This document shows positions 9,663 through 18,897 of a DNA stretch of 64,000 bases, piece by piece; position 1 is the stretch's first letter, and each line of letters starts with the position of its first letter. Both the position numbers and the translations under genes were made by a program. Below the pieces are notes generated by a model, which worked only from the letters and a program-made list of their open reading frames with translations, was not told where the DNA came from and searched no databases. This DNA comes from a virus, in IMG/VR virus record IMGVR_UViG_3300032050_000036, positions 49,499-113,498 of that record. One strand, 5' to 3'.

Positions 9663-9699
9663 CTCTCAATTATATCATTAATATGGTATACTATTATCT

Positions 9700-10779
9700 A
9701 TGCCATATCGTATAGGTGCTAAGGGGTCATCGGGTTGCTCTGGATACCCTGCTGTAAAGGACACAGGAGAGGTTATGGGCTGCCATAAGACTCGTCGTGA
9801 GGCTGCAGCACAGATCTATGCTATAAACCGCTCTGAGGGCAATATAGGCAAGGCTATGGTCAAAGAGGGCGACATGGTAATGGCTCCACACGAAGAAGAA
9901 ATGTATGTTGGTCGTGTAGTTCATGTAATGACAGAGGGCATGCTTGGTATGCCAGGATCAGAATATTCTCTTGAGGCATCAGCAGAAGAGCCTGCTATTT
10001 TAATTCAACTATTTGAAATGGAAGAAGGAGAATTAGAAGAAACAGAATATTTTGTTGGAGCAATGGCAAAAGATGTAATGGTTTTACCATCAATTGATTC
10101 AGGAGAAAGCATGGATAAAGCATATACAGGATGCGGATGTCCAATGTGTAAAGAATTAGATGTAACATGTGAGCAATGTCCACAATGCCAATCTGGAGAA
10201 ATGAAATCAGATTGTTGTGCTAATGTAGTTAAGCAAGCACCATGTTGGGATGGATATGTACAAAGGGGAATGAAGCCAGGAGAAAATGGTAAACCAGTTC
10301 CTAATTGTGTTCCAGCAGAAAAGGCTGATGATCTTTGGGAAGATTCTGATGATGTAGTGTATGAAACTGATTCAATGTCAAAAGCGGAAGGCTATTCTCC
10401 ACCAGCAGGTGCAAGAGCAGCAGCACGTAAAGCAATTAAATTTAAGGAACAAGGCAAGGCAAAAGGTGCGGGTACATCAGTAGGATGGACTCGTGCAGGA
10501 CAGTTGGCAAGAGGAGAAACATTGTCTCTTAGCACTGTTAAAAGAATGTACTCTTATTTTTCTCGTCATGAGGTTGATAAAAAGGGGAAGGATTGGGCTA
10601 ATCAATCAAATCCGTCCAATGGGTACATAATGTGGTTGGCATGGGGTGGGGATGCTGGCTATTCTTGGTCACGTCGTATCGTGAATGCAGAAAAGGATAA
10701 GGCTTTATTTGCTGACACCTTTAACTCTATAGAAAAACAAAGCAAGAGAATTCGTGGTAGTGGTAATGGCTTCTGGTAA
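9700..10779 (+). CDS. Multi-module phage protein, possibly head-associated
   Basis: Modules MPY..GC..GCH, CWDGY..GMK, and GWTRAGQLA..TVKRMYSYF.RH. Confidence 0.65.
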   Translation: MPYRIGAKGSSGCSGYPAVKDTGEVMGCHKTRREAAAQIYAINRSEGNIGKAMVKEGDMVMAPHEEEMYVGRVVHVMTEGMLGMPGSEYSLEASAEEPAILIQLFEMEEGELEETEYFVGAMAKDVMVLPSIDSGESMDKAYTGCGCPMCKELDVTCEQCPQCQSGEMKSDCCANVVKQAPCWDGYVQRGMKPGENGKPVPNCVPAEKADDLWEDSDDVVYETDSMSKAEGYSPPAGARAAARKAIKFKEQGKAKGAGTSVGWTRAGQLARGETLSLSTVKRMYSYFSRHEVDKKGKDWANQSNPSNGYIMWLAWGGDAGYSWSRRIVNAEKDKALFADTFNSIEKQSKRIRGSGNGFW

Positions 10780-10921
10780 ATCTTCTGGAAAATACAGAAC
10801 AAAACATCCGTTTAACCCTATTCAAATTAAAGACGGAATGATAGTTCGTCTAAGAAAAGATGGTACCATAAAAGCCGTGCTTGGCAAGTATGGCGAATAT
10901 GGCAAAAAAAATAAAAATTAA
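10766..10921 (+). CDS. Small basic hypothetical protein (51 aa)
   Basis: MASGKSSGKY...IVRLRKDGT; overlaps previous stop. Confidence 0.55.
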   Translation: MASGKSSGKYRTKHPFNPIQIKDGMIVRLRKDGTIKAVLGKYGEYGKKNKN

Positions 10922-11073
10922 TTATTTTGCTCTTTGTTAATTAAGTCTACTATTTCTTTTGCATATTTGTCATAATCTATTTCAATAATAAAATTTCCGT
11001 CAATTAATTTATGAATTTTAATTTCTTTTCCTATTTCAAATAAAATATTTTTAATTTTATCTTCTATATTCAT
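10918..11073 (-). CDS. Small hypothetical protein (51 aa)
   Basis: ATGA overlap with GT61 stop. Confidence 0.55.
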   Translation of the reverse strand: MNIEDKIKNILFEIGKEIKIHKLIDGNFIIEIDYDKYAKEIVDLINKEQNN

Positions 11074-12134
11074 AATAAGTTTTTGTTTTTTTCTAATTCC
11101 GAAAGAATTTCATCAATATGTACTGCCCCTAAGCCATACTGTTTTCTGTCTGGAATAATGTAAACATTTTCAGTTGCTACATTTTTAATTAATGAATCAA
11201 AAAACCAATAGAAGTCCCTATTCGTTGTTATCATAAATACTTTTGTATCTGGATGTGCAAATATAGCATTATAACATCCAGTGCCATCTATTGATGCTAT
11301 ATGTGTTGCAGAAGAATATATATAAACCTGTTCTTCTAAAGTTAAGTCTTCATTATAGACTAATTCATAGCCCATATCAATAAAAAAGTTATCTATTTTA
11401 ATATTATCTGAGTGTATTCTATTTTGAAAATTTTGAGTAAATGCCTCTTCACCAACACGCATAACATATTCCCAAAATCTGTCTCCCTCTTCTTTACTCA
11501 TTTCATTATTTTTATATCTATAATAATTTTCTTTCCATTTTATATAAATTTGATCTGATTTTGATCTCGATATAAAAATTTTTTTATTAGGTGTTTGATT
11601 TTTATATTTTTTTAATTTATCTATGACACAATTACTGAGGTCAAACTGATGAGAAAAATCTTCATGACTAGTGTTATGAATTGGACCATTAGAAGGAACT
11701 ACATTTCTTAAACAGGGAATGAAAAAATTATAAAGATAATATACATTTTCAAATATAATTTTTTGATCAGAAATTATAACTATTTCATCCATCGAAGGAT
11801 TATAAATATTTACTAAACTTTTAAAAAGTCCAGAAAGGTCATTCAAAAATACTTCTTTGTTAATATCATCTTCTCGTTCTACAGTAAAAATTAACTTTAA
11901 ATCTTTTATATATTTTTTTAAGAATTCATATTGTCCTAGGCACTCTTGAACTATATGAAAGTATTGCCAATTTGATAATGATATAATAAAAACATTACCA
12001 TTAACAACTACTGGATCCTTTTTGGAATCATAATTTACTAAAACGTTGTTGACTTTATAAATTTTACTTTTTATACCTGGAACATCTATATATTCTATAG
12101 AATCCCACTTAGTCTTAAAAATCTTATCAGACAT
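11070..12134 (-). CDS. Glycosyltransferase family 61 (DUF563)-like
   Basis: YFH, KIFISR, LTLEEQV..YSSA..I...GTG..N.IF. Confidence 0.8.
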   Translation of the reverse strand: MSDKIFKTKWDSIEYIDVPGIKSKIYKVNNVLVNYDSKKDPVVVNGNVFIISLSNWQYFHIVQECLGQYEFLKKYIKDLKLIFTVEREDDINKEVFLNDLSGLFKSLVNIYNPSMDEIVIISDQKIIFENVYYLYNFFIPCLRNVVPSNGPIHNTSHEDFSHQFDLSNCVIDKLKKYKNQTPNKKIFISRSKSDQIYIKWKENYYRYKNNEMSKEEGDRFWEYVMRVGEEAFTQNFQNRIHSDNIKIDNFFIDMGYELVYNEDLTLEEQVYIYSSATHIASIDGTGCYNAIFAHPDTKVFMITTNRDFYWFFDSLIKNVATENVYIIPDRKQYGLGAVHIDEILSELEKNKNLL

Positions 12135-12459
12135 TTTTTGTTACAACAACCTTATCATTAGGCAAACTTGGAGTTTTTACACAAACAACTGAACACTCTG
12201 TTATAAAATTTACATCCGTTATTTCGTACGGCTCCAATATAAAAACATCGCCAGATATTAATTTTTTACCATTTAGAATCATTTCTCCAGATATTAACAA
12301 GTTTATTTCATATGCTATCTCTTGATAATGAAGGTCCCAATTTTCTCCAGCAGTATGTATTCTCCATGAAACTTCAAAATCTTTTGACTGAAAGGCAGCC
12401 TTTTCAAAATCTCCAATAAACCATCCCTTTTCAGTATTTTCAATTCTGCTAATCTTCAT
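12127..12459 (-). CDS. Cupin-fold protein
   Basis: GWFIGDF, HYQ...E, VKTPS..DK. Confidence 0.75.
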   Translation of the reverse strand: MKISRIENTEKGWFIGDFEKAAFQSKDFEVSWRIHTAGENWDLHYQEIAYEINLLISGEMILNGKKLISGDVFILEPYEITDVNFITECSVVCVKTPSLPNDKVVVTKNV

Positions 12460-13556
12460 AAACCTAATTTATCCCATTCAGTCTCTTCAAATCCTTGATC
12501 AGTTATAAGGTTTATAGAAGTAGCACGATCCCTATCTGACTCTAAATGTTTATCATTAATTAAAATTCTTTCGCCACTAGTTACTCCCATCACTAACTGA
12601 TCCCAGCAAAGACCTAGGTCTGTTAGTTGTTTTTCTGTTAGCATCCTTGCAGATTCTTTCCTAGCAGTCGTTAGAATTATCTTATGACCCTTAGAGTCCC
12701 ATTCATTAAACTTATCTATTACGCCTTTTAATGCTATGGCTGGTTCAAATCCGACATAACTAAATCTATGGACATGTTTAATTATTGTTCCATCTATATC
12801 ACAAAAAATAGTTTTAGGTTTTTCAGTATAGTATTCTCTTAGTTTACTGGAATATACTTCTAAATCTTGCGGGGTTCCAAGAGATATATAACCATTTCTT
12901 GGCATTTTAAAGGGAAGTATGTTAAGACCTTCTTCTATTAAATAATTATAAGTGGAGGAAATATAACATTCGCTAAATCCTTTTAGTCTATACTCTGAAA
13001 TTAATTTTTTTGCTGATCTTATAAAATCAGAACCACGCCTCCAATAATGTATACCTACAAGCGCATCCTCACTTATAACCTTTTTTTCTTCAATATTTAC
13101 AATCCTGTTGTTATCTATAACTGCAAAACTATTCTTAATGTCATTAGATTTAAAAATAGCAACTGACCCATCGCAATATGCAGATCTTGATAGTTCTAAA
13201 AATTTATCTGAATCCCACCTTAAAAGTTGATCACAGTTTGTTATTATTAATTCATCGTTGTTGTCTATATATTCTTTTGCATAAAGGGCTGCATCTGCAG
13301 CACCATATTGATCGTTATCTAAACATATTTCTATACAATCTGGCTTTAATTTTTTTAATATAGAAGACAGCCTATTGTTATGCTCAGGGTTTTCATATTT
13401 TCTTGTAATAAATATATATTGACCCACTATATTTAAAGAATCAACGGCATGCTCAATTAAATGTTTTTTATCTACCATGATTAATGGTTTTGGTTCTTGT
13501 ACCCCTGCATTTTTGAAGCGGGAACCCAGTCCAGCCATTGGTATAACTATATTCAA
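12456..13556 (-). CDS. Nucleotidyltransferase-like domain fused to HAD-like domain
   Basis: IPMAGLGSRF..PKPLI, LGTPQDL; CDIDGT, TAR, INDK; TTG start after AGGAG. Confidence 0.85.
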   Translation of the reverse strand: MNIVIPMAGLGSRFKNAGVQEPKPLIMVDKKHLIEHAVDSLNIVGQYIFITRKYENPEHNNRLSSILKKLKPDCIEICLDNDQYGAADAALYAKEYIDNNDELIITNCDQLLRWDSDKFLELSRSAYCDGSVAIFKSNDIKNSFAVIDNNRIVNIEEKKVISEDALVGIHYWRRGSDFIRSAKKLISEYRLKGFSECYISSTYNYLIEEGLNILPFKMPRNGYISLGTPQDLEVYSSKLREYYTEKPKTIFCDIDGTIIKHVHRFSYVGFEPAIALKGVIDKFNEWDSKGHKIILTTARKESARMLTEKQLTDLGLCWDQLVMGVTSGERILINDKHLESDRDRATSINLITDQGFEETEWDKLGL

Positions 13557-13589
13557 GAAAAACTCCTTCTTCTGTTATAATTGTATCAT

Positions 13590-14669
13590 ATGAAACTTCA
13601 GTATGGCAATCAAGATCCAGATATTTATTCTTTTGAAAGTGCTTCGCTAAAGGGCTTTCCATTATTTGAAATACCTTCAGTTCATATTAAAAATCTTAAA
13701 TTCAGCAATCAACCTGAAGAAGACTATGAGTATATTTCAGGAAAGGTATTTTTAGTTCCAGCAGCAAATGATTTTTATCATGCCCTAACAGATACTATGG
13801 CCCATTATGAATCTTTAAAAACAGTTTATCCAGATTTAAAAATAATTTTTTGTTCTAATGACAATATGTACACTATAGATAGATATATTGGCATAAACAG
13901 AAAATACATGCTAGAAATTTTAAAAATTTATAATATAGAATATAAAGATATTCTTGATATAAAAAACAAAAATTATATATTTGAAGAGGTAATACATTTG
14001 CCACATAGATCGCAATGGCACCAAGACAGGATTGTTCCTTTTGAAATACAACAAAATCTAAAAAATTTTACTCACGATGAGACTTGGTCTTATAGAAAAT
14101 TTATGATAAATTCTTTAAAACAAAAATTTTATAATCAAATAATTGATAAAGAACCTAAAAAAATATATGCATCACGTATGCCATATAAGACTAATCCTAT
14201 AGATTATTCAAAATTATCTGACGAAGATCAAAGATATTGGAATTTTAGATCACAAGAAATAAATAGACAATATAAAGATGAAGAAAAACTTATAGATTAT
14301 TTTTTAAATAAAGGCTATGAAGTGTTAAATTTTGGAAACATGTCATTAATAGATCAAATAAGTGAATGCTATTATTCGACTGAACTTGCTGGAATCAATG
14401 GATCTAATATTTTTAATTTTATATGGGCAAAGCCAGAAACAAGAACACACATTATTTATGTAACAAATGCATGGAATTATGGTTTTTGGAAATACTTTGA
14501 TTATTGCAAATTGAATTACAAGCAAATAGGATTAAAAGAAGTTCTTAAGGTTGAGTATTTAAATAGAGTTGATACTGGAAAAGCAGTCATTCATCCTCCA
14601 ATAGATTTTGATAAATTATATTTTGCAGACCATAAGGTTTTAATTGATGAACTTGAGAGCCTCCTGTAG
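13590..14669 (+). CDS. Glycosyltransferase family 61 (DUF563)-like
   Basis: FYH, KIYASR, MSLIDQI, GSN..N.IW. Confidence 0.8.
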   Translation: MKLQYGNQDPDIYSFESASLKGFPLFEIPSVHIKNLKFSNQPEEDYEYISGKVFLVPAANDFYHALTDTMAHYESLKTVYPDLKIIFCSNDNMYTIDRYIGINRKYMLEILKIYNIEYKDILDIKNKNYIFEEVIHLPHRSQWHQDRIVPFEIQQNLKNFTHDETWSYRKFMINSLKQKFYNQIIDKEPKKIYASRMPYKTNPIDYSKLSDEDQRYWNFRSQEINRQYKDEEKLIDYFLNKGYEVLNFGNMSLIDQISECYYSTELAGINGSNIFNFIWAKPETRTHIIYVTNAWNYGFWKYFDYCKLNYKQIGLKEVLKVEYLNRVDTGKAVIHPPIDFDKLYFADHKVLIDELESLL

Positions 14670-14729
14670 GATTTGAACCTACGACAATCCGCTTACAAGG
14701 CGGGTACTCTACCACTGAGTTAAGGAGGC
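14658..14729 (-). tRNA. tRNA-Thr(TGT)
   Basis: Cloverleaf GCCTCCT/AGGAGGC, anticodon loop CTTGTAA, GGTTCAAATCC. Confidence 0.92.
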
Positions 14730-14730
14730 G

Positions 14731-14802
14731 TAGCACTAACGGGAATCGAACCCGTCTTTCCGCCGTGAAAGGGCGATGTCCTAACCGATAGACGATAGTG
14801 CC
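14731..14802 (-). tRNA. tRNA-Glu(TTC)
   Basis: GGCACTA/TAGTGCT, loop CTTTCAC, GGTTCGATTCC. Confidence 0.92.
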
Positions 14803-14806
14803 AATA

Positions 14807-15145
14807 TTATATTTTTAATGATCTCATATATGTCCTATGCCTATGGCAGTTAGCACATACTATTTCACATTTTGGTATTTCTTCTAACAATTGTTTCATT
14901 GTACCATTTCTTACAATAGCATTTATGTTAGCCTTTTTAATACCACGCACATGATCGAAATCTAATTGATGTGGAGGGTATGATATTTCACATTCTAAGC
15001 ATATTGAATTATTTAGTTTATAGTTTAAAACATATAGGTTTCTTTCATTTCTTTTATCTTTAGATCTTTTTATAGTTAAAGATTTGTTTCTTTCGTACCA
15101 GGCTTTTTTGGCAGCCTTTTGTTGTAAACTATCCTTATATGGCAT
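14807..15145 (-). CDS. HNH endonuclease within tRNA cluster
   Basis: CLEC, LDFDH, CANCH. Confidence 0.88.
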   Translation of the reverse strand: MPYKDSLQQKAAKKAWYERNKSLTIKRSKDKRNERNLYVLNYKLNNSICLECEISYPPHQLDFDHVRGIKKANINAIVRNGTMKQLLEEIPKCEIVCANCHRHRTYMRSLKI

Positions 15146-15160
15146 ACTTCTCCCTTCAAG

Positions 15161-15234
15161 CGATGCGTACGAGACTTGAACTCGTGACCTCCACCGTGAC
15201 AGGGTGGCGTTCTAACCAACTGAACTAACGCACC
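15161..15234 (-). tRNA. tRNA-Asp(GTC)
   Basis: GGTGCGT/ACGCATC, loop CTGTCAC. Confidence 0.92.
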
Positions 15235-15238
15235 TTCG

Positions 15239-15311
15239 CTGGTCTGGCAGGTCTCGATCCTGCGACATCTCGATTAACAGTCGAGTGTTCTACCAACTGA
15301 ACTACAGACCA
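15239..15311 (-). tRNA. tRNA-Asn(GTT)
   Basis: TGGTCTG/CAGACCA, loop CTGTTAA; T-loop ATCGAGA. Confidence 0.88.
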
Positions 15312-15326
15312 ATTATTATATTGTAG

Positions 15327-15399
15327 CACCCTCGATTGGATTCGAACCAACGACAAACGGATTAGAAGTCCGCTACTCTATCCACTGAGTTACAAGGGT
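15327..15399 (-). tRNA. tRNA-Arg(TCT)
   Basis: ACCCTTG/CGAGGGT, loop CTTCTAA. Confidence 0.92.
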
Positions 15400-15406
15400 A
15401 TATTTG

Positions 15407-15480
15407 TAGAGCAGGTAGGACTTGAACCTACGATAGCCGAATTATGAGTTCGGGGCCTTGACCAACTTGGCTACTGCTCC
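15407..15480 (-). tRNA. tRNA with CAT anticodon (elongator Met or Ile2)
   Basis: GGAGCAG/CTGCTCT, loop CTCATAA; lacks initiator hallmarks. Confidence 0.88.
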
Positions 15481-15492
15481 TTGAATATTTAA

Positions 15493-15735
15493 TTATATGT
15501 TATGACCTGACTCATTGTCAAGTTTTGGCGGTATAGAATATTTATCATTCTTCGTAATACTATTAAGAAGATTCATTATTCTTAAACAATCATCATGTCT
15601 CCACCATGTATAACAGTATAGTCTTTCATCATCCTCAATCATATTAGGACAAGACTTATACTCTTCAATGATCTGGTCTATAATGACTTTCTGTGCCTTT
15701 TTACAGCCATTACAGGGACAGGCCCAATTAGACAC
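15493..15735 (-). CDS. Cys-containing hypothetical protein
   Basis: WACPCNGC; GTG start inferred. Confidence 0.55.
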   Translation of the reverse strand: MSNWACPCNGCKKAQKVIIDQIIEEYKSCPNMIEDDERLYCYTWWRHDDCLRIMNLLNSITKNDKYSIPPKLDNESGHNI

Positions 15736-15919
15736 CTTTAACCTTTTTAATAGCATCAACAGCAAGCATTTTCATTCCTACAGCATTCAATTGAGCACCG
15801 TTGTTTTCGGTAGGAATGTTTTTAATTGCTTCAATAATCTTATCTTTAACGGCCTTAACTATTTTATGTGTTCCATTACATTCAGGATAATCTGTTGAAA
15901 ATCCACAACCACATGGCAT
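15728..15919 (-). CDS. CDGSH-type iron-sulfur domain protein
   Basis: CGCGFSTDYPECNGTH fits CxCxxSxxxPxCDG(S/T)H. Confidence 0.75.
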   Translation of the reverse strand: MPCGCGFSTDYPECNGTHKIVKAVKDKIIEAIKNIPTENNGAQLNAVGMKMLAVDAIKKVKGV

Positions 15920-15920
15920 A

Positions 15921-16286
15921 TTATTTCTCCTTTTTCATTAGTCTAAAGGCATCGCCTGTTTCTTCATCTTCGTAATCCCATATAAAAGCATTGATAAAAT
16001 CTGGTTTTTCCCAATAAGGCACACCTTCAGAATCGTAATCGTTCCATCCATCTCCGCTCATATCAAAACTAAATTCATAGAATGTGCCAAACCTATAGTA
16101 TATTGGCCAAGTCATCTTCCAGATAGTCGAATGTAGTTTATAACCCCAACCAAAATTTTCTAACTCGTCGTAATATGAAATACGTAAAATAGCCCAACCA
16201 GATATATCTCCGCATAAGTTAGCAAGCCAGCGTAATGGTGGGCGGGATTTGTCAATTCTTAAACTATTGTCTATGTGGTCCGCCAC
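15921..16286 (-). CDS. Hypothetical protein
   Basis: ORF track; coupled to neighbours. Confidence 0.6.
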   Translation of the reverse strand: MADHIDNSLRIDKSRPPLRWLANLCGDISGWAILRISYYDELENFGWGYKLHSTIWKMTWPIYYRFGTFYEFSFDMSGDGWNDYDSEGVPYWEKPDFINAFIWDYEDEETGDAFRLMKKEK

Positions 16287-16431
16287 GAACTAACTCCCAT
16301 TCTCCAGTTTCTTTTGCAACAAAAACATCTCCAGTTTCCCTATCTACAAGCATATATTTTTCAGGACACTTTGTTTTTAATGTTACCACAACTGATTTTT
16401 CTAATTCTTGAAATTCTATACGGTTTCTCAT
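16264..16431 (-). CDS. Hypothetical protein
   Basis: AGGAG RBS before MRNRIEF; TKCPEKY.LVDRETG. Confidence 0.65.
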   Translation of the reverse strand: MRNRIEFQELEKSVVVTLKTKCPEKYMLVDRETGDVFVAKETGEWELVRGGPHRQ

Positions 16432-17305
16432 TTTGCCAAAACTCCTAATAAAAATCCAACAAGGGCAGAGAGTATTCCAACGGTCCAATAATAAGTTTTT
16501 GTTAGATATCCCAAAACTATGTCTTTAACAACATCTTTTGGCACCTCTATTTGATAGCCTTCATAATCTGGATCGTCAAACTTATATGATTTCACTTATG
16601 CTCCTTCATGTGTCTATTAAGTGTATCATGGGCAAATATGCCTGAGCGCACTTCGATTTCTTTTTTACAAATATCGCATATTACAAATTTACCTGGCATA
16701 TGTCCATTATATCTAAAAGTCGGTAGTTTGTAAAGTTCGGCGGAAAATAGAAGTAATAAACCTATCTATGACCTAGACGGTCAATATGGTTTAGTAACTA
16801 TTCTATCCGACTATTCCAAAGAATAAGATAGCCCCTATAATAACGATAGCAGACAATAAAATCTTAATTTTTGTTTCTTTAGGCCATTCTTCTGTATTCA
16901 TTCCCATGGTTTCTCCTATCCAGCATGCATCCAAGTAAAATGTTTTTTACATACATCTATGACAATACCAGTATCTTTTTCTGGCTGAGTAAACTCTGCT
17001 TTATTGTTGCAATAAAAACATTTCATCTATTTATTATAACATATTGGACAATTTAATATATTGGGAGTTCCTGATGTTGCGTAAAATGTTACGCCACAAT
17101 TATGGCAGAGAACCTTAATCTTTAATTTATTCATCATACTCTCCCAACTCTTTTAATATTTGTTCTGCCAAATCTTTGGCGATCTTGTCTTTATGTTTGC
17201 CCTTTATGTAGTCATAAATAATATCAGAAATAATATCAACCTTAGATTCTTTAGATAACATGGTTTCTCCATTATACGGGTATTTTGCGAGGGTATAATG
17301 AGGCC

Positions 17306-17623
17306 ATGGACCCTACTATCCTATATATAGTATATCACCAAGGATATAATGCCATTAAGGTGGGTATAGGGGATATTGCTGGTAAAAGGTTTAAAGCCCA
17401 TAGGACCAAAGGGTGGGAACTGGTTTGTTATTGGTATTTTCAAAATAGGCGGGATGCAAAAAGAGTCGAATCTATAGTACTACAAACCCTAAGAGAGAGA
17501 TATGGACATTATCTGGATAAGGGGGATATGCCATATGGGGGATATACGGAGACATTTAATGCCAAGAAAATAACCAAGAGAAGGTTAATTGGTTTGGTCA
17601 ATAGGGCTATAAGGGGATCTTGA
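17306..17623 (+). CDS. GIY-YIG/T5orf172-like nuclease
   Basis: ILYIV...IKVGI...R...E...GYTETF; TATAAT 6 nt before ATG. Confidence 0.65.
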   Translation: MDPTILYIVYHQGYNAIKVGIGDIAGKRFKAHRTKGWELVCYWYFQNRRDAKRVESIVLQTLRERYGHYLDKGDMPYGGYTETFNAKKITKRRLIGLVNRAIRGS

Positions 17624-17646
17624 TATCCCCGCTTTTTTATACCCTA

Positions 17647-17754
17647 TTATCCCCAAGATCTCATTACAGAAATTAATACAAGAAGATAGGCCACCCATCC
17701 TGTGATAAATCCGTATATGAATATTGCTGGTTTGCTAATTAAAAGTTTCTTCAT
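17647..17754 (-). CDS. Small membrane peptide (35 aa)
   Basis: MKKLLISKPAIFIYGFITGWVAYLLVL; TATAAT 6 nt before ATG. Confidence 0.5.
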   Translation of the reverse strand: MKKLLISKPAIFIYGFITGWVAYLLVLISVMRSWG

Positions 17755-17774
17755 TTAACCATTATACATGGAAG

Positions 17775-17795
17775 TTATCCACAGGTTTATCCACA
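17775..17795 (+). promoter_or_regulatory. Tandem DnaA boxes
   Basis: TTATCCACA at 17775 and 17787. Confidence 0.7.
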
Positions 17796-17833
17796 GAAAT
17801 ATCTTACTGATTATATTATTGGATAGGGTTAAA

Positions 17834-17859
17834 GTGGAGTAAAGTGGAGGATAGTGGAG
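17834..17859 (+). promoter_or_regulatory. MraZ-type binding repeat
   Basis: GTGGAG x3 with 4-nt spacers. Confidence 0.55.
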
Positions 17860-18132
17860 CATGGAGCGCTTTTTAAGGCGGGGATCGTAATGTCAAACCA
17901 TAAACCCTATATCCCAAACCATATATCCTTCAAACCCTTATACCATATATGCCCCATATCTGTCAAACCATGTATAAAAGGTTTGGCATTATACATTCAA
18001 AACCATGGTTTGTCAAGTATCTTCGTAAAGGAATTTGAATGAAAAATTGCCAAAAGTCTGGGAAAATTCTGATAATTTCGTAATATGTTTTATTATGCCA
18101 AAAAATGTTTTAAAACCAGGAAATATGGTTTG

Positions 18133-18327
18133 TTATTGGTTATTAGGGGGATTGGAGTTGGTATCTTTTTCTATACCGTCCTTAAGAACGGGCGGTACAA
18201 AAGAAAAGTAATTAGACAAACCAATCTTATGGGTAATAGAAACAAATGTATTCCAAACCTGGTCTTGTCCTTTATTGTATGCTACTGGATCTGATTTTCT
18301 AAGGTTTGAAAAGTGTCTTGGACTCAT
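18133..18327 (-). CDS. Hypothetical protein
   Basis: TGTTACAAT 6 nt before ATG. Confidence 0.55.
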   Translation of the reverse strand: MSPRHFSNLRKSDPVAYNKGQDQVWNTFVSITHKIGLSNYFSFVPPVLKDGIEKDTNSNPPNNQ

Positions 18328-18621
18328 ATATTAATTGTAACACTCTTTATACCGCCCAAACTTTCAGCGATTTTTTGGACGGCGTTCGTAATGTCTTTTT
18401 ATCCTGTGTTTTGCGCTGGGCGCCCCAAATTTGGCGGGGGATAAAAAGATACCGTAATACTACCTATATAAGTATACATAGATACAATGGTTTGACAAAC
18501 AAAATATATTATGCTACATGGTTTGGGAAAAATATGGTTTGATCGTAATCTGGGAAAAATGGTTTGGTATCGTAATGGTTTGTTAACAAAGAAAAATGCA
18601 CCGACCCGTTTTCAGGGCTTT

Positions 18622-18897
18622 TTACGAATTGTCAAATCCTAAAAGCAATTCATCAAGACTAGAGTATCCTGTATCTTTGACACCAAGTGACTCTAAAAAT
18701 AAGTCCCATGTTTCATTTACATATCGTGTAGCCATTTCAGAAGCAGGAATAATTTCTTGTGAAATAGAAAACGCTAATGGCAAACCAATGTCGTTGTATT
18801 CGATAAAATCTTCAAACTCAGACTCACCTTTATAATTTAACCACAAGTCTGCCAAAATATTACATCTGCTAGAAAAGTCTGTATTGGTGTTGCTCAT
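18622..18897 (-). CDS. Hypothetical protein
   Basis: GAGGAG RBS; YNDIGLPLAF. Confidence 0.7.
   Translation of the reverse strand: MSNTNTDFSSRCNILADLWLNYKGESEFEDFIEYNDIGLPLAFSISQEIIPASEMATRYVNETWDLFLESLGVKDTGYSSLDELLLGFDNS

Noticed and set aside
17854-18542. Plus-strand ORFs 17854, 18085, 18306 and minus ORF 29505-29708
   Set aside because: No RBS or adjacent -10; they run through motif arrays
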